Source: a virus
IMG/VR virus record: IMGVR_UViG_3300009156_000009
Length of the DNA stretch: 45,403 nt
Direction: 5' to 3' (one strand)
Shown: positions 24,155 to 35,404 of the stretch, one piece after another
How positions within the stretch are numbered: the stretch's first letter is position 1
Layout of the letters: each line of letters starts with the position of its first letter
Position numbers and translations under genes: made by a program
Notes under the pieces: model-generated
Seen by the model: the letters and a program-made list of their open reading frames with translations, nothing else
Told to the model about the DNA's origin: nothing
Database searches by the model: none

Positions 24155-24994
24155 ATGAGTTCGACTGGAGTAGGCCCGGCGCTCGCTGTCAACGGCCCCC
24201 TTCCGGTCGCACCCGAATACGGCCTGCTCTCCGTTGCGAACGTGCAGCGGGGGGCAGGCCCGTGGCTGAACGGAGTCAACGTCTGGGCCTACCCAGGAGG
24301 GGACTCGGAGAACCCGTCCGGCGTCGCCTTCTGGGAGCCCTGCACCTCGGGCACGTTCAGGACGAAGGACGAGGGCGGAGATCAGGTGTCCGCCCGCTTC
24401 GACTCCATCGTGGCCTACGTCTCCGTCACCTGCTCCACGCTGGTCGGAGATCCCGAGGCGTTCGCAGCGAGGGCGCGGGCGGCACTCAACGCTCGTGAGT
24501 CCTTCGCGGCCGAGGCGATTCTGGCGAAGGGCCAGGCGGACTCGGCCAACAAGTTCCTCGGAGACGCCGACCTGACGGTGCTGGGGACGGGGGCGCAGGA
24601 TCCGAGCGAAGGGCTCTCCTACCTGGAGAACGCGATCGGGGCGACAGGGATCGGCGGAGTCATCCATGCGACTCCGGGGATCGCCGCTCAGTGGGGGTTC
24701 AACAAGCAGGAGACGAACTCCGTCGTCTACACCTCGCAGGGCACACCGGTCGCCATCGGCGGCGGCTACATCGACACCGATCCGGTGGGAGAGACAGCAG
24801 CAGATCCCTCCGCCGGTCAGGAGTGGGCCTTTGCCACCGGCCCCGTGGAAGTGCGGGTGGCCGAGATGCGGCTCGATGCCATCGAGTCCATCGACAGGAC
24901 GATCAACGAGATCACGTACCGGGCTGAGGTAGCGCTCCTGGTGTTCTGGGACACGCTGCTTCAGGCGGGCGTGCTCATCGACTGGGTTTCGTGA
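24155..24994 (+). CDS. Second capsid-associated protein (279 aa), possibly HK97-fold (vertex or minor capsid) or a decoration protein
   Basis: The ATG is preceded by GGAAGGGGG. It has a spine-helix-like ARARAALNARESFAAEAIL, then GGVIHATPG, and a C-terminal INEITYRAEVALLV that resembles HK97 N..t..aE.R.al. The assignment is tentative. Confidence 0.5.
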   Translation: MSSTGVGPALAVNGPLPVAPEYGLLSVANVQRGAGPWLNGVNVWAYPGGDSENPSGVAFWEPCTSGTFRTKDEGGDQVSARFDSIVAYVSVTCSTLVGDPEAFAARARAALNARESFAAEAILAKGQADSANKFLGDADLTVLGTGAQDPSEGLSYLENAIGATGIGGVIHATPGIAAQWGFNKQETNSVVYTSQGTPVAIGGGYIDTDPVGETAADPSAGQEWAFATGPVEVRVAEMRLDAIESIDRTINEITYRAEVALLVFWDTLLQAGVLIDWVS

Positions 24995-25014
24995 TCCGAA
25001 GGGAGGTTCGTTAG

Positions 25015-25671
25015 ATGGCTTTCAACTGTGGAGTTTCGTTCGGGGCCTGCCTGGTCAGGATCACGCGGGTCGACGAGAACGGCAACGTGATCGCGGGCAG
25101 TAACGCATACGTCTCCGACAAGCTCATCTCGGTTCAGGTCAGCCCGAACATCGAGACGGGCGACAGCTTCAGCGTTCGCAACGGCTGCGGCTGCTCCATC
25201 GCGAGGCGCGCGTTCCCGGACACCTTCAACTGGTGGGAGCTCACCGTCAACACTGCGGCGCTCGAGCCGCAGATGATCGCCTTCATGCTCGGGGCGGAGA
25301 CCATCGAGGACGGAGCGGACGTGGTGGGCGTTGCCTGGCCGTCAGCTCTGGCCTGCGACGAGCAGAGCCCGCTGGTTGCCTTCGAGTTCTGGACGGAGCA
25401 CACGGTTGGCTCCGGTCTCGACGCGACCTACCCGTACTTCCATCATGTGTACCCGGCTGTGTCCTGGGTGATGGGAGACAACACGTTCGAGGCCGGCCCT
25501 GCCGCTCCGACGCTGAACGGCAAGTCCAAGACGAACGGCAACTGGGGCGACGGTCCCTACGGGGACGGCCCGCCGGACGGACAGGACATCAGCGAGGGTG
25601 GATTCTGGGCGACCGGCGATGCGCTGCCCGAGGCAGCGTGCGCGGCTACCTCGGTCACCTCGACGAGCTGA
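25015..25671 (+). CDS. Structural protein (218 aa), a candidate tail tube (major tail) protein, with a Gly/Asp/Pro-rich and Ser/Thr-ending C-terminal extension
   Basis: The ATG is preceded by GGGAGG. The pattern RITRVDENGNVIAG...VSPNIETGDSF..NGCGC...ELTVNTAALEPQMIAFMLG resembles tail-tube families (memory-level). It ends ...AACAATSVTSTS. No other tube candidate lies upstream of the tape measure. Confidence 0.45.
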   Translation: MAFNCGVSFGACLVRITRVDENGNVIAGSNAYVSDKLISVQVSPNIETGDSFSVRNGCGCSIARRAFPDTFNWWELTVNTAALEPQMIAFMLGAETIEDGADVVGVAWPSALACDEQSPLVAFEFWTEHTVGSGLDATYPYFHHVYPAVSWVMGDNTFEAGPAAPTLNGKSKTNGNWGDGPYGDGPPDGQDISEGGFWATGDALPEAACAATSVTSTS

Positions 25672-25691
25672 GGACATAGGGAGAGCGCCTG

Positions 25692-26681
<990 letters not shown>

Positions 26682-26682
26682 C

Positions 26683-27006
26683 ATGACGCAAACCATCATC
26701 TCCCCCCAGCAGCTCAATCCAAGCGCAGCCACGCTCACCGAGATCTACGACGTGCCCGATGGCGCGAGTTTCGTAGGGCGACTCAACATCTGCAACCGAA
26801 GCGCGACGGCTACCTCCTTCCGTGTCTCCATCGAGGTCAACAACGAGGCGACCGGGGACAAGCAGTATCTCGCCTACGACACTCCCATCGAGGGAGGACA
26901 GGTCATCTCCATCGACGCAATCACCATGACCGATGACGACCGACTCATGGTGTATGCGACCCTCGCCACCCTTAGCTTCTCGCTCATGGGAGTGACGAAT
27001 ACATGA
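26683..27006 (+). CDS. Small beta-rich protein (107 aa), copy B of the triplicated roughly 100-aa module
   Basis: The ATG is preceded by GCAGGAGCG. It shares its architecture with 31665..31979 and the C-terminus of 12013..13032 (..AAT...R.N..N.S...SF.VSI...). Confidence 0.6.
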   Translation: MTQTIISPQQLNPSAATLTEIYDVPDGASFVGRLNICNRSATATSFRVSIEVNNEATGDKQYLAYDTPIEGGQVISIDAITMTDDDRLMVYATLATLSFSLMGVTNT

Positions 27007-27565
27007 GAACCATCGCTCCCGTTGACATGGCTCGCCCGCGGCTTGCGCGCCAGGGACGCATCATCACCACAGCAGACGAGGAGTTCGGGTGTGCCTCTGT
27101 GATGTCAATGGGCGGGACTACGGTTTCCGGGTCGTGGCCGTCTGCCAATGATCCCTGCGCCGTCCCTTTCACCATCACCGAGGCGCTGGTGGTCACACAC
27201 CTCGGCTGGCGGAACGGGTCAGGAGCTGGATCGAACCACGACATCGGCATCTATGACGAAGCATGGAACCGTCTCGTCTCGGCGGGTTCCTCCGCAGCCG
27301 GTACGAGCTCGCTGTGGAACTTCGTCAACGTTACGGATACGCCGATTGCAGCCGGACGCTATTACCTCGTGAAGAACATCGACTCAACGACGGCCAACCG
27401 CGCGCGCTATTGGTCACACGCGGCGACGCTCGGATTTATGACCATGCTCGGGATGAAGGAGACAGCCACCGACTCCTTCCCCCTCCCCAACCCGCTCACG
27501 AACATGACCGATCCGATCACGCATACGCGCGTGCCCATCATCGCCCTGACAGTGAAGGCTCCGCT

Positions 27566-27569
<4 letters not shown>
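27003..27569 (+). CDS. Fibre-module protein (188 aa), paralog 1 of a tandem pair
   Basis: ATGA overlap with the upstream stop. It shares WPSAN, NHDIGIYD and AGRYYLV with the next gene. Confidence 0.6.
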
Positions 27570-30113
<2,544 letters not shown>

Positions 30114-30114
<1 letters not shown>

Positions 30115-30386
30115 TGACCGTACCGCCCGGCGTCACCTTCCCCACGCGCCGCTTCGTCGCCACCCGTCTGGACGAGGAGACGGGCGTGGAGACCATCGTC
30201 ATCCAGTCGACGGCGCTCCCCAACAACTTCACTACCGACGCGGCGGTGCGGCCGGGGATGATGGAGAACGCTCGCAACTTCATCGCGGCCAACCCCGGCG
30301 TCTACATCATCTACGGCCCCTGCTCGGGGGCGTACTACACGGACGGCGACCGGGTGTGGGACTCCAGGGTGAGTGGACCGCTCTGA
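30114..30386 (+). CDS. Hypothetical protein (90 aa)
   Basis: ORF-track ORF. The start overlaps the upstream stop (TGATG). Confidence 0.55.
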
Positions 30387-31654
30387 TGGCCGCTCCGAGT
30401 TTCATACAGGCTTCGACCGGCGCGACCGATGCTACGGGCGCGTTCACGTTCACGGGAGTCGCCACCGGTGACATCGGGAATGTCGTCATCGTCCACATTG
30501 GCATCGACGGATCGGGCGCGATCTCCTGGGGGACGATCTCGGGCACGAACATCCAGTCGCTCGCAGCGGTGAACAACACCTGGACCGAGATCGGCGCTTT
30601 CTTTTCCGGCGCAGCTGTCCAGCAGCGGCTTTTCATCGGGCGCAGGACGAGCGCATCCTCCGCTCCTACATTCACCACCACTGCCAACACCTCTGGCGAT
30701 GACGTGTACGGGCGGATGTACGAGTTCGCGAACGTCTCCACCGGCACCACGCTCGCTGAGGTTATTGAGAACGGCACGGCCGGGAGCACGACTACTTCAG
30801 GTGCGACGGCCTCCGGCACGATCGCGGACGCGTCCGTCACCGTGTTAGGGAGCGACCGTCTCGCCCTCAACCTCGTTGCAATCAACGACGACAACGCAGT
30901 CGCAGCGTTCACCGGAATGACCGGAGGGACGTGGGGTGAGGCCGTCGCCGAGTATGCAGACTCCGGCGGAACGGATGCAAGTATCCAGTTGCAGGCAGCC
31001 TGGCCCAGTTCGTTTGCAGCACCCATCAGTCCGCAGTCTTCTGCCGCCGTCATACAGGGCGATGGCGGCGTCAGCAGCGAACAGGCGGCCCAGGAGTTCA
31101 CGACAGTCGGGGCACTCACCGTTTCCAATGTCATGCTGATGTGCAAGAAGAACGGCTCGCCTGCGGACGATCTAGTCATTGAAATCCAGACCGACTCCGC
31201 TGGCATTCCATCGGGCACGGTAGTTGGTTCAGCAGGGGCGCTCCCCGCTGCGAACATTGACAGCACCACCACGTACAAGGCCTACAGAGTCGCCCTCTCA
31301 GCGAGTCTTGCAGCGACCACGACGTATCACCTTGTTCTTCGCCGCAGTGGCGCACGAGACGCAAGCAACTACTTTCAAGCCTGGATTGGCGGCGACACAA
31401 TCACTGGGGGAGTAGAAGTCAAAGGCGGCGGTACCTGGACGAACGCAACAAATAACGACTTGGTTTTCGCGCTTCAGGCGGATGGCGACCTCCTCTCCGG
31501 TGCTGTTATTGACGGTGGAACGGCCACCAATGTCGATGCCGCTGATACCTGGGCCGTCGTCGGCTTCGCGCTCATCGGGACGACCGTTCCGGATGTTGTC
31601 GTCTACGTTCCCCGTCATCCTGCACATGACTTCGGAGCAATCACACCCAACTAG
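30386..31654 (+). CDS. Fibre-module protein (422 aa), beta-rich and Thr/Ser/Ala/Gly-rich, with no assignable family
   Basis: An internal ATG overlaps the upstream TGA. There are two beta-sandwich-like halves. The second contains LVIEIQTDSAGIPSGTVVGSA...TTTYHLVLRR. Confidence 0.6.
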   Translation: MAAPSFIQASTGATDATGAFTFTGVATGDIGNVVIVHIGIDGSGAISWGTISGTNIQSLAAVNNTWTEIGAFFSGAAVQQRLFIGRRTSASSAPTFTTTANTSGDDVYGRMYEFANVSTGTTLAEVIENGTAGSTTTSGATASGTIADASVTVLGSDRLALNLVAINDDNAVAAFTGMTGGTWGEAVAEYADSGGTDASIQLQAAWPSSFAAPISPQSSAAVIQGDGGVSSEQAAQEFTTVGALTVSNVMLMCKKNGSPADDLVIEIQTDSAGIPSGTVVGSAGALPAANIDSTTTYKAYRVALSASLAATTTYHLVLRRSGARDASNYFQAWIGGDTITGGVEVKGGGTWTNATNNDLVFALQADGDLLSGAVIDGGTATNVDAADTWAVVGFALIGTTVPDVVVYVPRHPAHDFGAITPN

Positions 31655-31664
31655 GAGGTAGAAG

Positions 31665-31979
31665 ATGCCCCGCACTCCATCGAGACTGGCAGGCCCGGCG
31701 CTCGTCTCGAACACCGCAGCTACGAAGTTCACGTCCTCGGGCACGACCCTCGTGCGCTCGATTCACGTGTCCAACCCGACCGCCTCAGCGGTGGACTTCA
31801 CGCTCTCCATCGGCGCGGATGCCTCCGGGACGAGGCTGTATGACGGCCTCTCCATCGCAGCCGACAGCGCCAAGACGTTCTGGTGCTACCACGCGCTCGC
31901 GAACAACGAGACGATTCAGGCGTTCGCGGGCACGAACAACGTCATCACTCTCACCATCGACGGGGACCTCGTGACGTGA
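31665..31979 (+). CDS. Small beta-rich protein (104 aa), copy C of the triplicated roughly 100-aa module
   Basis: The ATG is preceded by CTAGGAGGTAGAAG. It aligns by eye with 12715-13029 (GPA..TAAT...IH.SNP..S.VD..LSIG.DA..TR.YD...DS....IQ..AGT..V.LTI.G). Confidence 0.65.
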   Translation: MPRTPSRLAGPALVSNTAATKFTSSGTTLVRSIHVSNPTASAVDFTLSIGADASGTRLYDGLSIAADSAKTFWCYHALANNETIQAFAGTNNVITLTIDGDLVT

Positions 31980-32806
31980 TCGGGCTCGTTCTGATCTGCC
32001 GGAACGAGCAGAACTTCATCGGGCGCTGCCTGCGCTCGGTCAAGCCCCTTCTCTCCCACTGGACGATCGTGGACACCGGCTCGACGGACAAGACGAAGGA
32101 GATCATCCGCAAAGAGTTGAAGGGGATCCCCGGCGAGCTCGTGGAGAGCGAGTTCGAGGACTTCGCGACCAGCCGCAACGAAGCGCTGGCGGCTGCGAAG
32201 GACAAGGCTCCCTGGCTCCTGTGCCTGGATGCCGACGAGACAGTGGAAGCCCACCCGCTGCTCCTCACCTTCCTGTCGGAAGATTCGGATCCAGGGGTGG
32301 GCGCGTGGATGGTAGCGATCCACGACTCGGGCACGACCTGGCGGCGACCGCTCCTCATCCGCGGAGACGGAGACTGGCGCTACATCGGCCGCGTCCACGA
32401 GTACCTGGACACCTCCGCGGTCAGAACCCGCCACCTGCTCGGCCTGGACGTGACCCACCACGGCTCCTCCCGGCACCCGGTCACGAAGTTCGACCACTAC
32501 CTCACCCTGCTCAAGCCGGACGTGGAGGCAGGCGATCCTCGAGCGGTGTTCTACTCCGCCGAGTGCTACCGCTTCCTCGGCTGCATCCCGAAGGCGATCG
32601 AGATGTACCAGCAGCGCTCCTCCATGAACTCCTTTGAGGAGGAGGCCTGGTACGCGGAGTATCAGGCGGCCAAGCTCTCTCGTAACGTAACGGCGCTGCT
32701 CAAGGCGTACGAGCGGAGACCCTGGCGCGCGGAGCCGCTTTGGGCAGCGGCCGATATCGCTCGTACACTGCCAAACGAGGACGTTCTCTTCCTGGAGGAA
32801 AGATGA
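31976..32806 (+). CDS. Glycosyltransferase family 2 domain fused to a TPR-like helical C-terminus
   Basis: GTGA overlap start. Motifs are LVLICRNEQNFIGRCLRSV, TIVDTGSTDKTKEII, DFATSRNEAL and LCLDADE. The C-terminal helical repeats include AVFYSAECYRFLG..AIEMYQQ. Confidence 0.8.
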   Translation: MIGLVLICRNEQNFIGRCLRSVKPLLSHWTIVDTGSTDKTKEIIRKELKGIPGELVESEFEDFATSRNEALAAAKDKAPWLLCLDADETVEAHPLLLTFLSEDSDPGVGAWMVAIHDSGTTWRRPLLIRGDGDWRYIGRVHEYLDTSAVRTRHLLGLDVTHHGSSRHPVTKFDHYLTLLKPDVEAGDPRAVFYSAECYRFLGCIPKAIEMYQQRSSMNSFEEEAWYAEYQAAKLSRNVTALLKAYERRPWRAEPLWAAADIARTLPNEDVLFLEER

Positions 32807-33921
32807 TCGGACCAGGCTATCCCGGACAGCCGATGGAGGCGTTTGCCGAAGGCTTTGCCTGCGGTCAGGTGGGGATCATCACCATCACCATCGACGACGG
32901 CGACGGCAACAACGTCGTCCCCCAGACCACCAACGGCATCCTCCAGATCGAGTGCGGAGACGATGGTTTCGCCGTCTACCGCTACCTGGGCGTCTTTCCC
33001 TCCTTCTCTGCCCTCTCTCCCTACGTCATCACCTGGGAGGGCGCGAGCGCCACCGATCCCGGCATCGACACGACGGCTACGGAGGAGATCTTCGTCTCCG
33101 ACCAGCCCATCGCCCCGCCGTCCAATCTCGGCCCCTGCACGGACTGGATCACCGGGGACGATGTGATGGAGTGCTGTGGGGTGGAGGCGAGCGCGGGGAC
33201 GATCTTCGACGACGTGGCGGTGCAGGCTCAGAATGTGCTCTACCAGCTTTCGGGCAAGAAGTTCTCCGGGCTGTGCGGGCCGATCACCGTGCGTCCCTGC
33301 CGCGACAACTGCTCCTGCTTCCCCGCGCAGCGCCTGGCCTATGCCTCCGGCGGCTCGAGGCTGATCTGGACAGGCAGCTTCTGGGGAGCGGGCGCGGACT
33401 CGCGCAACTGCGGCTGCGGCTGCCTCTCGCGCGTGCTCCTCTCCGGGTATCCGGTGCAACTCGTCACCGAGGTCAAGATCGACGGCGTGGCGCTCATGGG
33501 CGATCAGTTTCGGTTGGACGAGAACCGCTACCTGACCCGCGTGGACGGCTCCTTCTGGCCCTCCTGTCAGGACCTCGCGCTCGAGGACACCGAGGAAGGA
33601 ACCTTCTCCGTCTCCTACGGATACGGGGCCAATCCTCCCGCCGAGGGACAGGCGGCGGCGGCGCAACTGGCCTGCGAGCTGTACAAGGCGTGCAATGGTG
33701 ACTCCACCTGCGCGCTCCCCACGGGCGTCACGCGCATCTCCCGCCAGGGGATCGTGATCGAGAAGGCTTCGTTCACCGCCTGGTCCTTCGACCGGCTAAA
33801 GGGATGGCAGACCGGGCTCTCCCTCGTGGACGCCTTCCTGAACGCACACAACCCCTACGGGATGCGCCGGCGGCCGATCTTCTGGGGGCCGGGCAGAAGG
33901 TACGCGAGGCCCGTTGGATGA
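32803..33921 (+). CDS. Head-to-tail adaptor/connector protein with an N-terminal extension of about 110 aa
   Basis: ATGA overlap start. The C-terminal part (CTDWITGDDV..A.NVLYQLSGKKFSGLCGPITVRPC...WPSCQDL...GTFSVSYGYGANPP..AA.LACELYKAC) matches the pattern I recall for actinophage adaptors. Confidence 0.6.
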   Translation: MIGPGYPGQPMEAFAEGFACGQVGIITITIDDGDGNNVVPQTTNGILQIECGDDGFAVYRYLGVFPSFSALSPYVITWEGASATDPGIDTTATEEIFVSDQPIAPPSNLGPCTDWITGDDVMECCGVEASAGTIFDDVAVQAQNVLYQLSGKKFSGLCGPITVRPCRDNCSCFPAQRLAYASGGSRLIWTGSFWGAGADSRNCGCGCLSRVLLSGYPVQLVTEVKIDGVALMGDQFRLDENRYLTRVDGSFWPSCQDLALEDTEEGTFSVSYGYGANPPAEGQAAAAQLACELYKACNGDSTCALPTGVTRISRQGIVIEKASFTAWSFDRLKGWQTGLSLVDAFLNAHNPYGMRRRPIFWGPGRRYARPVG

Positions 33922-34229
33922 CCGTTCGCCTGAACGAAGCGGCGATCTCCGCGTTCTTCAGGAACCCCGAGGGAGCGATGGCCCGGAACATCGAGACTCG
34001 AGCGCAGAACGTCACCGCCCTCGCGCAGCGAAACGCCCGCGTCATCATGCACTCCTACGCCGGAGATGCGGGTTCCCTGATCGGCTACCGCATGGAGCAG
34101 GGCGCAGACGGCATTCAGGCGGTCGTGGGAATCCAGGATCAGGGCAAGATCGCGAGCTACCTGTCCGAGAAGGAGGAGCGCGAGCGCGTGTGGCTCGTCC
34201 CCGCGTTACGCGACGGGCTTGGTAGCTGA
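33918..34229 (+). CDS. Head-tail connector component (103 aa)
   Basis: ATGA overlap start. Supported by its position and size between the adaptor and the tail chaperones. Confidence 0.5.
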   Translation: MTVRLNEAAISAFFRNPEGAMARNIETRAQNVTALAQRNARVIMHSYAGDAGSLIGYRMEQGADGIQAVVGIQDQGKIASYLSEKEERERVWLVPALRDGLGS

Positions 34230-34759
34230 TGGCCGGTACGGACGCAACCGATCTGCATGACGTGTGCCTGGCGCTCCTCGCAGCAGCAGAGGAGGCGCTG
34301 AACACGATCCCAGGATCCGCTCCGGGGCTTGCGGGTGCCCCGGAGCGGGTGTTCGTCTCGGCCGGGACTCCGGTGCTCGACTGCTGTGACCAGCTCACGG
34401 TTCACGTCGGCCCTATCGCGGAGGATCCCCTTTCCCCCTCGAGCGCCAACTCGGGCCAGCGCGCTCGCTTCGACGCTCGCAAGAACCAGGTGAATCTGAT
34501 CGTGACGCTCGGGCGGTGCATGGACCTGAGCGCGCTCCCGACACCTCCCCCGGTAGCGACGCTGGAGGCGGACGGGGAACAGCACAGCGCGGATGGATGG
34601 GCACTCTGGAACGAGCTTTGGAACCTTGTGCGTTCCGGTGACCTCTTTACACTCTGCGCAGACTCGAAGCCGGTGCTTCGCCCCCTCGCGCCCTCCGGGG
34701 GCTGCTCGGGGTGGACGCTGACCTATCAAGTCTGGATCGAAGGATACGAGGCCCCCTAA
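34229..34759 (+). CDS. Head-tail connector or tail-terminator-like protein (176 aa)
   Basis: The start overlaps the upstream TGA. VFVSAGTPVLDCCDQLTVHVG is a pattern I associate with actinophage stopper or terminator proteins. Confidence 0.5.
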   Translation: MAGTDATDLHDVCLALLAAAEEALNTIPGSAPGLAGAPERVFVSAGTPVLDCCDQLTVHVGPIAEDPLSPSSANSGQRARFDARKNQVNLIVTLGRCMDLSALPTPPPVATLEADGEQHSADGWALWNELWNLVRSGDLFTLCADSKPVLRPLAPSGGCSGWTLTYQVWIEGYEAP

Positions 34760-34775
34760 CCCGCAGGAGGCAGTA

Positions 34776-35168
34776 ATGCTCAGAGAGTTCAGCAAGGAAC
34801 TGGCAGAGGACCGCGACTTCGAGTTCGGAGGCGAGGTCTTCAAGTTCCGCTACCCGCACTGGGAGGAGGGCGCGGCGCTCTTCGACGAAGACCTGACCGC
34901 AGCCGACTCCAACGGCAACTTCTCCTGGAAAGCTGACACGGAGATGGCGATCAAGCGCATCCCCATCTTCCTCGACCCCGACGCTGACTCGCACAAGCGC
35001 TTCAAGGCGCTCCTCGCGCGCAAGACCAACCCCGTCCCCCGGCATCAGATCGTGGCTCTCTATCAGTGGCTCGTGAGGGTGACCAGCGACCTCCCTACGG
35101 AGCCGCCCTCGGCCTCGGAGCCGTTGGGTGGAGCAACCGACACCTCATCTGCGGAAGGCTCGTCCTAG
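34776..35168 (+). CDS. Tail assembly chaperone
   Basis: The ATG is preceded by GCAGGAGGCAGTA. It lies immediately upstream of the tape measure, has an acidic 130-aa product, and the downstream ORF overlaps it in the -1 frame. Confidence 0.6.
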   Translation: MLREFSKELAEDRDFEFGGEVFKFRYPHWEEGAALFDEDLTAADSNGNFSWKADTEMAIKRIPIFLDPDADSHKRFKALLARKTNPVPRHQIVALYQWLVRVTSDLPTEPPSASEPLGGATDTSSAEGSS

Positions 35169-35188
35169 CAGGAGGCGATCCAGACAGG

Positions 35189-35404
35189 ATGACCCTCCGA
35201 GACTTCCTGAACGCCTCCTACGCGCTCCTCGTGGAGACGTGGACGACTGTCCAGGCGGGCCGGATGACCCTGATCGAAGCGGTGGACAAGGTGGAAGAGC
35301 ACTGGCCGAAGGAAGGGCGGAAGGCTCCCGAGGTGGTCACGACTCCCAACGCTGAGATGCAGATGCGCGCGATGCTCGCCGGCGTGAAGGGAGCCCCCGT
35401 TTGA
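35189..35404 (+). CDS. Second tail chaperone ORF, either stand-alone (ATG 35189) or the -1 frameshift extension of 34776..35168
   Basis: The frame is -1 relative to the chaperone and is open from at least about 35010. It has its own GGAGG 12 nt upstream of the ATG. No canonical XXXYYYZ slippery heptamer was found. Confidence 0.4.
   Translation: MTLRDFLNASYALLVETWTTVQAGRMTLIEAVDKVEEHWPKEGRKAPEVVTTPNAEMQMRAMLAGVKGAPV

Noticed and set aside
35030-35168. Search for a canonical XXXYYYZ slippery heptamer for the tail-chaperone frameshift
   Set aside because: None was found. C-CCC-CGG (about 35036) does not allow A-site re-pairing. The frameshift is therefore reported only as a possibility.
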